Positions 28,575 through 42,796 of a DNA stretch of 64,000 nt are shown here, piece by piece. The notes under the pieces are model-generated. The model ran no database searches and had not been told where the DNA came from. It was given only the letters and a program-made list of their open reading frames with translations. The number at the start of each line of letters is the position of its first letter. The first letter of the stretch is position 1. This DNA is from Ramazzottius varieornatus. Lineage: Eukaryota; Animalia; Tardigrada. A program made the position numbers and the translations under genes. The DNA is taken from the NCBI GenBank assembly GCA_001949185.1, contig BDGG01000015.1, positions 997,036 through 1,061,035 of the forward strand, given 5' to 3'.

Positions 28575-31000
28575 ATGTCGATGCTATTCATACCGGCCTT
28601 GTTGTGGACCTCCCTCTTCCTTCTATCCACTCGAAATGTGAAAGGTGGGTTTGGAGTTTTTTGTTTTCTTTTGCTCATTGGCTCCATGTTGCCAACGATG
28701 ATGTAACGTGCTACACAAGCGGATGTACAGGTTTCTCGAAAGATAGCGCCATCCGGACTGTGCATGGGGTCAACGTACCAGTGGTTAGTTCCTGTCACCG
28801 CATCACTTCTGGGACGGCAAAGCAGGGCAAAATCAAGTCGCACGATGGCTATCCCGCTTCCGCCTACGCACCAGGTTACAAGTGCCGCACCGTCATCAAC
28901 GTCCCTTCTGGTTATACGGCCGAAGTCTCCGTGGGAGCCATGACCGGCAACAAAACCGCCTCCAGCATCCGACCCTGGGATTTCATCATCCTGGTCGACG
29001 GCAGTGTGGCGGCAAAGCTGGACTTTATTTGTCAAGTTGAGAAATATAAAGAGCTGGGAAACAGTAAGAAGACAACAGCCTTCGTTCATCATTATCCCTA
29101 ATCAGTTCCTAATTATTTTCATATTATGTTACAGGCGGAGAAATGTATGTAGGTAGGATATATATTATATATTTCCCATGGATGCTAACCATTGACTTTA
29201 TTAGCTACAAAGTATCCATGTAATTTTGGTTATGGTTGCAGCGGTAGTGCAGAAGTATTTCGTTGTGGGCGTGCCGCGAACCATGAAGAGCAGCACACGG
29301 ACAGTGGTGGTCGATTTCTGCACCCACACCTTCGCCGACAAAGAGCCAACTTCTCGCAAAGGGTTTGAGATCTTTTACAAGGCGGCTGAACCGGCCACAT
29401 TGGTGACCACAGACGGCTTGTCGGGACCTGATCCTTTCAACTCTGGAAAAGAAGCGGTCGATTACGGGACAACACCCGCTACGGCTACTGATCATCATGA
29501 CAAGCCTGTTGGGTATTCCTGTGGCCGACCGCAGAGTCCTCCTTCAAACAACCCAAATCGCATCGTCAACGGTAAGGGCCAAGCAAAATGATCCTGCTTC
29601 GTCGGGCATATTTGGCAATTAATCAATCTGAGAATCTCCCTTGGCTGCAGGTAACTTTGCCCGTGCCAATAGTTGGCCATGGATTTGCGCTTTGGTGCAG
29701 ATGCCGTCGCTACAGTTTTGTGGATGTACGGTGGTACGTCTTGATACACGACAGGCGTAAAAGGCCTCCCTTACGGGGTACAGTTTTACTGGGGTCTGTT
29801 GTTTCTAGATTGATGAACGATGGGTAATAACCGCAGGTATGTGATACGAGGCAGAGAACCAACTGAGCATATTGTATGGAGTGAAGTAGGCGGAAGTGTG
29901 GCTTTTAGGACACTGTGTGGACGGCTCGACGGACCATCAGATCAAGGACAACGTCCAGGTTTTCATAGGGGTGGAAAACCTGAAGATGGCCACGCGAGCT
30001 CACAAATACCACATACTGCAGGTGGTGCGCCATGAGAACTACAACGACCCAGTGGGCTCGACCAGCAACGACATCGCGCTGCTTCGCATAGATCGGCACA
30101 TTCCCATCTCAAATGACTCCATGCCGGCCTGTCTGCCGACCAAGTCTGTTCATGATCCACCATACGCCCAGAAGGGAGCCAAGGGCCGTCGTCTCTGTTA
30201 CGTTGCCGGTACGAAATATCGCTTTGACCGAATTTCCAAGACAATCCGGTCACACTTCCGCTTTCAATTTAGGCTGGGGTCGTCTGTACGATGGACAGTC
30301 TGCAGGTACATGCGAAGTGAAGAAGGCAGTTGACTTAAGTTACAATAATATTAGTTGTTTGTTCTTTTGGTCTGTACCAGCTGACGGCGGCAGTATCGGA
30401 GCCGGAAGTGACCACTTACAACAGGTCCGTGCTTGGCGTCTCTCTTGTCACATGACCGTTCCGTGCCACTCAAGTATTTTGTGGCTTCACAGGTGGCCAT
30501 TGAAGTCATGTCGGACAGCGATTGCAAGACTTACATGGCTGGATACCTCATCACCGACAAGATGGTATAATATATTCTTGTACCAATGAAAGCGGGTGTC
30601 TTGATGAAAAACCCTTCTAATTTTGATCACGTCTCTCCTCGTAGTTTTGTGGAGGGTATGATCGTGGCAAATACGATTCTTGCCAAGGAGACTCAGGTGG
30701 AAGATACTATACATACACGCGCCTGGNNNNNNNNNNNNNNNNNNNNNNNNNNNNNNNNNNNNNNNNNNNNNNNNNNAGGCGCGTGTACGGCAGCTGCTAA
30801 AGTAGGTTTTACCCAGTGTGGTTTACCCACCAGGTGGACCTATGATGTGTGATGACGGAAGCGGCAGGTGGCTGCTGTACGGTGTGGTGTCGTGGGGACT
30901 GGGCTGTGCTCAAGCCAAAGCGCCAGGAATCTACACCAACGTCGCACTCATGCGAGACTGGATCCATTCGAAAATTGGCCATCATCCCAGAAGACCGTAG
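28575..31000 (+). CDS. Secreted CUB-domain trypsin-like serine protease (S1A)
   Basis: Signal-like MSMLFIPALLWTSLFLL. CUB-like GKIKSHDGYP..Y.PGYKC..I.VP.G..GFEIFY. Activation site R|IVNG. TAGHC, DIALL, DSCQGDSGGP, GVVSWG, PGIYT. Micro-exon structure near 29050-29240 is uncertain. Confidence 0.88.
30716..30785. mobile_element. Assembly gap (50 N, 30727-30776) bounded by inverted termini and TA duplication; probably an unresolved TIR element
   Basis: TA|CACGCGCCTGG-NNN-AGGCGCGTG|TA in the last intron of protease 1. Confidence 0.6.
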
Positions 31001-31522
31001 GGAACTAACCAAACGAGATCTGTGATATATATAGAGAGAGATGTTTTGTTCCATAACGTTTTGTAAAATTGGCAAAGGTCGGGAATGTTTCCCGTGATGT
31101 TTACGAAGCAAAAACCAGTTTTCTGTGAAGTCGTGCATCTGCCGATTTCCAAACGTGCCTAAAAGTGCTCAACAAGAAGTAAAGCTACGACAACAGCTTT
31201 TCGATTTGGCAAGAGACAGCAGGTCAAGGCCAATAACGCTGATCCCTCGACAAAAAAAATGGGAAGCTAGTCGTGCTTACTCGCACGATGGTCCTCAAAG
31301 GTTCATACGTTTCCATGAGAAAAAGTGCGTTTCATTTCAAGTACTGTACCTGATACTCCCTATATCATCTGCCACGTGTATTCGAACCTTTTTCGTGGAG
31401 TGATTTTCAAGGTCGCGGTTCTCTCTCTACCTGGGACTTAGTACCGACTTTCCGCCTCAGTCCGTTGCTCACTTCGGACCGTTTCGACTGTGCACATCGG
31501 CCTTTGCTCGGCCTACTACAAA

Positions 31523-32968
31523 ATGCACCGCTCATTCCTCCTGTGCTGCATAGCGGCCATCATCGTTGCAGTATGGAGAACTGATGGTAATTTCTGACCC
31601 GTTGCTGGATTTTTTTCTCGCTTTATTTCGTAATAATACTTTGGGGCTTTTGCAGCTGGTGAAAGCACGGCCAACTTGGAGCGGAACAGTACTCTGCCTT
31701 GTGGTCGTCCACAAAATCCCCCATCGAAAGGCTTCCGCATTGTCGGCGGAGGTCTTGCCCAAAACAACAGCTGGCCCTGGATCTGTGCTCTGGTACAAGA
31801 AGTCAGTCGCCCAGGTCAAGGAATGACTTATCGCCAGTTTTGCGACTGCACACTGGTAAGTCTACAAGTGGCGGCTCGGTGACCTTTCGGCTCAATGCAT
31901 GTACTTTCTCTGTTTAGATTGACAAGGAGTGGGTGGTGACAGCGGCTCACTGTCTGGAGAACCTGACGCCAGCCCAGTTCAAGTACTACGTCAAGGTCTA
32001 CATGGGAGTGGAAGATCTGACCAAGGCGATGTACAACAGCAGCAAGAAGTACTCCGTTGCCCAACTGATCAAGCACGAAAGCTTTGTCATGAAGACCAAG
32101 CATAGCGATATCGCCCTGATCAAGCTGGACCGCCTGGTGGAACCCTTCGACAACGATACCATGCCGGCTTGTCTGCCGACAAGGTACGTCGGTGCAGGCA
32201 AGTACGAACAAGTGGGCAGCTACGAGCGAAAGGTCTGCTACGTCGGGGGATGGGGACATACCAGGGAAGGAGGTGAGGAACTTTCACACATTTCGCTCAT
32301 CGTGACAAGAAGGTGTGCTTGCATGGCCGTGTACTTATCTCACGTGTACGCTTTCAGAAACCACCAAGCAAGGGTATGTGGGCTCCGGTACGGACAAGCT
32401 GAAACAGACTTCGGCCGAAGTTATGGCTCAGGTTGACTGCCGCAAGAAGCTGCCGGTGACCGACACCATGGTAAGTGGACTGAGCCTTGCGCATCTCAGC
32501 CAATTTGATAGGCCGTTAATCGTGCCAAGACCTAAGCCTTTGAGCGTAACTGGTATGAAGGTTTTCTTTGTAGTTCTGCGCCGGCTACGATCAAGGAGGT
32601 CGCGACACCTGTCAGGGAGACTCAGGTATAAGATATGCTTTTAAGATGTGCTTATTGATATGCATCGTTGCTAGTTGCCAGTGCTTTAGTTTGTGGTGTT
32701 GGCGGTAGGTGGACCACTGGTCTGCGATGACGGCAACGGTACCTACGTCCTGCACGGCATCGTCTCGTGGGGACCGGGCTGCGCTCGGGCAGGTTCTCCG
32801 GGTGTATACACCAACGTTTGGCAGATGAAAGAGTGGATAGAAAAGAGTACCCGCGTCAACTTTGTTAACGGCACTGATGGTGACTTTGAAAACGCCGCCG
32901 ACGACGATGTCACCACCGGGCCTGCCGGCAAATCCACAACTCCTCCACCGCCACCACCTCCTCTCTAA
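31523..32968 (+). CDS. Secreted trypsin-like serine protease, tandem paralogue without CUB domain, with acidic/poly-Pro tail
   Basis: [30 protein letters not shown]|[47 protein letters not shown]. Confidence 0.9.
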
Positions 32969-33288
32969 ACTCTGACTAATGAGAAAAATCTACCCCCAAT
33001 ACTTTGTGCTACAGACGACTCGTGCCTTGTCGAAAAGTGTTATAAAGCACCCGCAGGCGCATTTTTCTCAAACACTTTACACTTCTCTTCACATACGCCA
33101 GTAGGAAAGAAAGTATAAGAATCTGGGGAAAAAGAAGCTAGCACTATATTCGCACAGTGTTAAAGTTCAAAACGTCCTGTAGAGTTGGAAAAACAAACTA
33201 ATACTAGAAAAAGAGTTGAACATTGAGGAAATGTCCTAGAGATATTGAGGAAATGCACTAAATCGACCTTAAAGTTGACAGTTAGAAA

Positions 33289-34816
33289 TTAGAATGGGGA
33301 AGTTCGCTCTTTGAATTTGAGCAGGTCGCTGCTAATTTCTGCCAACTCTTCTTGTGGAGCCAAGATCTGTCGCCAGTCTCTTCGTCCTTTGAAGTCGAAG
33401 GGAACCGTGAATAGAGCTTTGGGTACTTGCGGCAACAGGGTGAGAAACTGGGCCAAGAAGGCACAGTCGATGACTTCCAGCTTTCGGCCCGTAGAGTCCT
33501 AGTGGATGTCCACTTACACCTGCCATTCTTTCTGCTCGGCACTGCGGTGCTCCAAGTGCCAGTCACCTCTGCCGTCCGGCCAGACGTCGTTGGCCTTACC
33601 CGGCTGGTACATCGCGTAGTCCATCCACCCTCGGTAAGACTTATAAGCAGCGGACACTCGCTCCTGAGCTTGGGTATTCAGGCTTGCCAAAGAGGTCTTC
33701 AGCCAATGAAGTTGCTCGACTGGATACGGCCAAAGTAAGGCAAAAAGGACGGCTGCTGGTTAGAGAGACTATTTGACGAAGGACTGACTGCACAGCTGGT
33801 TTTCCACGCCGTCGCATCTGCTGTCATATCTCGCTGGCGCTCCCTCAAAGTCTTCCCAGCTGAGATACTCGGTTCGATGGCGTAACTGATGGCTGCAGTA
33901 CTGTTCAAGCTGGTTTAGTCCTTCTCTCGTTATGGTTTCTTCGAGTCGTTCCATCCAGTAGGACCAGTTCCATGCAGAGTAGTCGCGGAGTTCTTCCATC
34001 CAGCCCGAGGTCTTAGTCGTCTTTGGTCTTTCTTTCTTTCTGCGGGACGCAAGCGATGCAGACCTTGTAGGTACACTGAGCAAAGACTACGCTTTGCAAG
34101 GGGGACAGCGTTTGGAATAGCGCACGGATGCCGCTCTTCCCTCGAGGAACCTTCTGCAAAGCCGGGTGGCACACTCCCTGATAGAAGGTCACTATAGTCA
34201 ACAGGTGATGCGAATGCCTCATTGTCCGACCCAGCCTTCGCAGCAGTTCGTATCCGTATGAAAGGTCTTGGCCGTATTCATTGCTGCTTTCCGTAAATGT
34301 CATACATTGCGCATCTTGGGGGTAGGCATGCGCCGACGGTAGAAATCCCACCAGGACCAAGTGCTTCATTGTGGTTTCCCGCATGAGATACAGTCCCTGC
34401 CAGTATTTCTGATCATGGTCATCGTCTCTAGGAGGTAATCTGCCAGGGCGAAAGAACACAACGCCTTTGTTGAAGACGGCCAAGAACGACAGCCAATATT
34501 TCCATGCAGCCGATACCCTGCCAAAGAACAAAGCACCATACTGAGCAAAATTTTCTGCTCCAACTTCCAGCAAAATCAAAGCAAAACTTTGCGATACCTA
34601 TTTCCGCAACGAGAAAGTTCCTCTTCATTCTTAAGATCAATCTCAGAGAAGTCGAGGGTGGTTCTTACCGGGACAGTCGTTCGGCCTTTTGGAGAGAGTG
34701 ATAGCCAAAGGTTTCTTTCAGCAGATGCAAGGGACGTCGCTGCCACATTTCCGCCGCGCTGAATGGACTGCTCAACACCTCGTCTTCCTCCATAGTCTCC
34801 ATCCACCATCCCAAGT
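33289..34816 (-). pseudogene. Disrupted lineage-specific F-box protein gene
   Basis: F-box-like WQRRPLHLLKETFGYHSLQKAERLSR|VSAAWKYWL across intron 34518-34668. Frameshift at a (GAAA)n run ~34030. In-frame TAA 33514-16 and TAG 33499-501. Confidence 0.6.
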
Positions 34817-35306
34817 CTGCCAAAGAAGAAAGCGTCCAGAAATCGAGAGGAGCATAAAGCACAGACTGCCGTCTAACCGATTGGTCTAATGTTAAGTTGG
34901 CTCCATGCAGATCCGGTTAAGCAACTTGAGTTGAGCTTTTCCCGATAATGAAATCATCGTGAACTCTTAATTTTATCGCCCAAACATATCAAATGACCAA
35001 ACAATAGAATTCAATTTCCTGGGCGGTACCACAGTGGCCGCAGCGAGAGCTTTCAGCTTTGCCAATAGGCATTGTCACACCCGGGGCTTCAAGGTCAAAT
35101 CGCCTTTTTTAGCCTTTTTAAGTTTTCGGTTTTCGAGACGTTTATACCGTAATTGAAAGTCGAAACTGTTGACAGCGGATCATTCTGTTTATTCTGAAGC
35201 TTCTGAGTACACACACTGCATTCTCCCGGCCGTTTTGCTTTTGGGTATTCTCGCTGGATTGACACCGGCGAGCTATTCGTTGTCAGCTACTCTGACTTCA
35301 CAGGCA

Positions 35307-35367
35307 GCGCATGCACCTCAACCGGAAGTTGCACCTTTGACGATACTATTACTTCGCCACCGGAAGT
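35307..35367 (+). promoter_or_regulatory. Tandem ETS/GABP sites plus NRF1-like motif upstream of ETFA
   Basis: GCGCATGCA at 35307. CCGGAAGT at 35322-35329 and 35360-35367, within 95 bp of the ATG. Confidence 0.45.
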
Positions 35368-35398
35368 CTACAATCAAGCAGCTAACTTATCCTACAAG

Positions 35399-37318
<1,920 letters not shown>

Positions 37319-37950
37319 ATTTATATATAATCCTCTGATATAAACTGCCTGACTGTGGTATTTTACAAAACATAATTTATAATCTGACGAACTGCTTTCG
37401 CTGAAATCTCGCTTTGCTCCCGAGAGCAAAGCGAATCTTTTTTGTTTCGTCGTTTTCTTGCCAGAGGAATTTGGCTTCAGCCTTCAGGAAGGGCATACTT
37501 TGGTCGGTCTTCGGGCTCTCGCCACACTCTGGGCAAAGATACTTTGCGTCCTGAATCGGCTGTTTTTGAGAAATTGTCACTCCTTAGTTAGACAAAGCTG
37601 AAGCTTGGTGCTCGTTCTTCCTTTCACTCTTATGTTCAAATTCAAACAAGCAGCTGCGGGGTTTCTTTCACCATGGAGAAGATGCTATACCCCCTACACT
37701 GCATTCAGACCAGGTAAGAAATAAATTACGTTGCCTTGCTGCGATTCTATTGCGTAGATCAGCCAGAACTTTCTAAGAGAGTATTGGTAGTTTCAGATAT
37801 GGAAAAGCCGTTGGGAATGGTGCAGTTGGCACCGGAAGATAGTCTTTGGCGTTCCACGCTATGAGAACGATTGTGCAGCTCCTGCTGGAAAAGAAGCGGA
37901 CTAAGAACGGCCTGAGACGATACAGGTACTGTGCATCTCACTGATGAGCA

Positions 37951-40900
37951 TCAGAAGCTTACGTTGCCATTACTGTAGGAAGAAGTTCCTGAAGAAGTGG
38001 CGGTGCCTACAGTTGGGTTGGACCTCAAGTCGCTCCAGTTTGACACCTTTAAAGCCAGCGAGTCAGTCTGCCTGGAGTTGTTGTTCCAGACGACGACGCT
38101 CTGACGATGCTGTGACGAGTTGATCCAGCTGTTGCTCTTGCTTCCCGAGGCGAACAAGCTGCCGGAGTCAGGATAGGCCGAGTACGTCATCGGTGCGGCA
38201 CTGGAGAAGCCATTGGACACCGAGAAGCTGGGTTCTATCCTTCGGTAGTAAGTCTTCAAGTAATCACCTGTACAATCAGAAATTCCTTCACTTCTCCATT
38301 CTGTAGGTATAATGATTCTTCATATCTTCGTTACCTGTTGCAGGAAGAACCAAGGAGTCGTTATAGGCTGCGGCAGCTGCCGCCGCAGCGTAGATGTTGT
38401 AGCCCGACCGACCGGAAGTAGCGTCCAGGTAAGTGCCACTTCGATCGTCCGAGTGTCCATTAGTCCCATCCACCGTACTCTGTGGGACAGGGGAATAGAA
38501 GGCGGTACTGCCGTAAGGTGTGGTGGAGGCCGTAGTGTATGGTAGCAAAGTACAGCACTGCTCTGTGCTGGGGAAGAGGTAGTTGCGGCTGTCGAGGAAG
38601 CTTGTGGTAGGACAGTAAGTGGGAAGCGTAGGAACGTCGTGGGAAGTGTGGTAGCCGTTGGTGGAAGGGTAATCTTGACCGATGACGGCCCCATTGCGAA
38701 GTGTGGCGTTGTCGGAAGAGACGGACTTGCGCCGACGGGGTGGCGGGTTTACAAGGTAGGTGCTGGAGTGAGTACCGTTGCTGCCGTTGGTGTCACGAGT
38801 GGAAGTGGTGCCGGTAGAGGTATTGCGTTTCTTGAAAGCTTTGGCTTTGGAGCTGGGTGAGCTTTCATGGTCGAACAGAGATGAGGTGGACTTGTCGGAG
38901 AGGCCCACTGACAGTCCGCTGACGGCTTCGGGATCGAGGTCGCACAGCTTGGTGATGCTACCACGCTTTGACAGCAGCTCTTTGCCTTCTTCTTCCCTGA
39001 AATGAATACAAACTACCACATGGATAATAATGTTCGAAAATCAAACCAGCAAGTAATTTCAAAACTGACTTTTATATCAATTATTTTTGTAAATACTTGA
39101 AGTGAAGCGGAAGTGGAAAACTCGGTGAAGGGGCAACTTACGATAGAGGGCGATGGCTGGCGGAGACGTGATCGGGTTTGCCGTTTTTGGGGACAGCTTT
39201 CATGGTGGTCTGCAGCCATTGCCACGATTGGCTTGCCGCTGTTGCAGGTCCGGAAGATCCGTTTTTGCAACTTATCCGGTGAGCGTACACGACGCATGAA
39301 CCTGTCTTTACAACTGTACAGACGAGAAATGGTGGTTAAAACATCCTTCAGGAGATCCTTCTTTTTTTCAGGTTCGGAACAAAGAGGAGAGAGCTTACGT
39401 TCGTGATGCGCGCTGGCCAGATACTGAATGTCATCCGGATGGGAAAGATTGTAGAAAGACCGCAAAGAGGTATTGTTTTCTTCCGAAGTTATTGCCAGCA
39501 GAGCTTTTCCTCTAAAGTCGATGATATTAGCCGCCAAAATATAAGTTGAATGTTAGAACTAATGTTGACAGATAAATGATATTATTCAGTTTTGGGACTA
39601 ACTTGGGATCAAAGTTGAGGACCGTCAAGTCCAGCTTGAGTTTGCTGCGGAAAATGGCTTCCTTGGGAACATTTTCAGGCAAGGTGGGTGCTCCGATGGG
39701 TGTACAGATGGCCATGAGGCCGAGGGGATTGTCGCCCACCGAATGGACATTTTGCCCGTGAATTATCGATACTCGGCCCCGAATTTCAAGCCGCTGTGTA
39801 CAATAGGCCAGATGAGTGAATAATCCTTATGTCTACTGTATTGTTTCCAGAAAGAGAGATGATGTGAAGAGCCACGCACCAGAAAGCCGGAAGTGTTATC
39901 CAGAAGGCAGCGAAAACGCACGGTAAGACATCGCTCCAACAACTGAGCATCTGTAAGGAGGCCACGTTAGTTGACATCAATGAAACTCTGAGAAAATGTT
40001 GAACAATTGCTGTACCGGAAGAAAAGGGCGTGCCGTCATTCTGGGTTATGCCAGGCTGCAAAGCTGCATAACTCAGTGTCGACAATTGCTTCTGTAGCTC
40101 GGCTCGATCTTCCGAATGGATCAGTTCAAAGACGCTTTGGTGGATAACGTCAGACTAAAGTGACAGAGGAGTGCACAACTTCCCCTTGTAATACGACTGC
40201 TGCGTTATAGGGTTGGAAATACCTGATGGAAGCCCAGGAACTCTTCGATGCTGTTGGAAGCGTAAAAGACCTCGCCTTGCGTGGTAAGGACCAGTACGAA
40301 GCCATTGAGCGCCTGCAAAGAAGCAAGGCAAGGCATTTGTATGGTGCTGTATTTACGTCGTGGTGATTAGTCAGAGTAATCACTGGTTATTTTTCTGTTT
40401 AGGAAGAAAGAGCGAGGACGTAAATCACTTGGACGAAGAGAAGACCGTGAGACCGAGGCCCAATGAGGGGGAGTCTTGAAAAGAGACAAACCTTGAGGAG
40501 CGAGTCGTTGCGTGTCAGAGATGGATCGAGGGAGAAATGGTCGGAAGTAGTTTTAGTGACATGTTGATGTGGCAGTCCATTGGGAGCCTCGTAGGAGCTA
40601 TATGCATGCTCCCGTAATTGAATGGCTGCAACAAAGAGAGACAGTCCGCTAAATATACACTCCCAAACTCTATCCTTCCAAACGACTCCTACAGAATCGG
40701 CACGCCATCTTTCCCCATGCACGCACACTCTCCATTCATCAGGGCTTCACAAACTTCATCCTCCATTTTCAGAAGCTACTTTCCTTCCTCCTAATCGGCT
40801 TTGACAGGCCGGTCAAATTCATCCGAGGAAAAATCATTCTGAGAAAATATTGCTTTCGTTGACCTTTCGAATCAATGGAAAACCTTTGTGAAATAGACGC

Positions 40901-42796
40901 GGATTTCTGGTGATGGTGGACTTAGGTTTGAGAGCAGCTGTGACGAGCAGATGATGAATGCAAGACTGCGTCATTTTATGCTTAGAATTATTCAGGAGGC
41001 CGGAAGTCAAGTTGGCGCTATCAAAAGAGCAAGCTAACGTCGATCATGGCAAGGCTGTAATTTGAAGCTTGTAGCGTTAGTGTATCCACATTCTATACAT
41101 GTATATAGTCCAACAACGACGGACCCGTAATTACGGGCCAATTATCCGTTGGCTTGTGTTGATCACAAAGATAGATTAATCGTATATTCTGCGCTACGCC
41201 GCCGACAATGATGCATAAAGAAGCGATGATGGTTACGGGCGTAGGTTCGTTGATGCGTATACCGTCAAATATTAATTGAGATGTAGTCTAGATGGGGCAC
41301 ATTTGATATTGAAGGTGACAGCTGATGGAGAGCACTTCAGTTTGTACCTGACAGGAGAGTGTGTTGTGCCCAAGGCGGCATTATTAGGCAATGGGCATAG
41401 TACACTCACCTTGAAAGTAGCTCTTGATACGCAAATAGCTGACACCCAAGCGCAATATGGACAATTTATCCAATTTGGACAAGATGTTGCTTTCAAAGGG
41501 CAGTAAGCTGGCCAGCCGTTCCAGCTCGTTGTTGAGGCGCTCGCGGTGACGCTTGCTGGGATTGCTCTTCAAGGAGGAGGAGGAGGAGGAGAATGTCCCG
41601 TGGCTATGGCCGCTGCTGTTAGGCCCACTTCCGTGTCCGTGGGCCAGGTGAACAGCACCCTCTTCCCCATTTTTCTGCGGCGATAGGCATCGGTTGTTTC
41701 CTCTGCAAAGAAGGAATGACCGGTAAGAATGCCGACCACATATCTTTGACATACCTGAATAAAAATAAAAATGACAATAATAATAAAAATCTCTACATTG
41801 ATTTCAAATAAAGTACAATTGTACCGTAGTCCTGATTTAAAGCGGCAGATCGAATCAATCATCTCGCCTCACCGACGACCATTTTCTTGATAGAGCTATC
41901 TCTTTCCAAACTTTTGCTGAGATAAAATACAACAGCAGTAGATTTAACAGAGCCAACCTTTTTTGTTTATGTTTAATTTTCAAAATAGTACACCGCGAAA
42001 AAACGGGACTTGATGAGGTACATGAATACGCATCAATACTAAGGGAGGCTGACTGATGACCGCCAGCCGCTGTCGCATCCGTATCCGTATCCGCGCTAAT
42101 TCAGCGGCCGGTTCTTCTCGCGCTGATAGGCATCAACGTCGCTACTTCAGCAAGTTCTTACTGTACTCGTATCGATCCAAGTCGAGTGACCTTTAGCCGC
42201 ATCTTCATGATACATTATCCACCAAACTATCTTTGGGAACAACATTTCAGATGGATGAGCCTAAGAATATTTATGTCGAAAAACTTCCGTGCTAAACCTG
42301 GACGGTATTGGTGTATCATGCATCATGTGTTACTAATTTTGCGTGCGGAGACTGGGGCTGAGCGTTATTTAGCGTTTACACTTGACACTCTGGCCGAAAA
42401 CGGATATGGGGCGTTCAACAAAATAAAGGGCATGGCGTGCTGCACGATATATATACCCGGGGAAGAGAATGGTGTTTTGAGCCAGACATGCAAAGTGTTG
42501 ATAGTTTAATGAGCGAGCGAGCGAGTCTTCGAGTTTTACAGAACGCGATATATATTTGAGGTAGAGCAGGCTAGATGAACTTAGTGGAGGTATACCGTGA
42601 CCGGCCAGGCAGCCATGACTAAGGGAAATTGCGGCAGGCCCATGGTGGTTCCCCACCATCGAACGCTAGGCTACATGCAACCACGTGCCGTGCTCCGACA
42701 TCATTAATTACTGTAACGTGTTGCAGGCAAGAATAGCACTTGAAATAAATTAACTTACCCTTTTAAAGAACGCCGTCGACGCTTCGTCGCATACAT
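37951..42796 (-). CDS. AHR: Aryl hydrocarbon receptor / spineless orthologue (bHLH-PAS)
   Basis: Exon 1 [12 protein letters not shown]. b[111 protein letters not shown]. Confidence 0.95.

Noticed and set aside
33499-33516. Two close in-frame stops as stop-codon reassignment, readthrough or a 21-nt intron
   Set aside because: Neighbouring conserved genes end on TAA and TAG normally, 21 nt is far below local intron sizes, and the locus has other lesions, so pseudogenisation is simpler.
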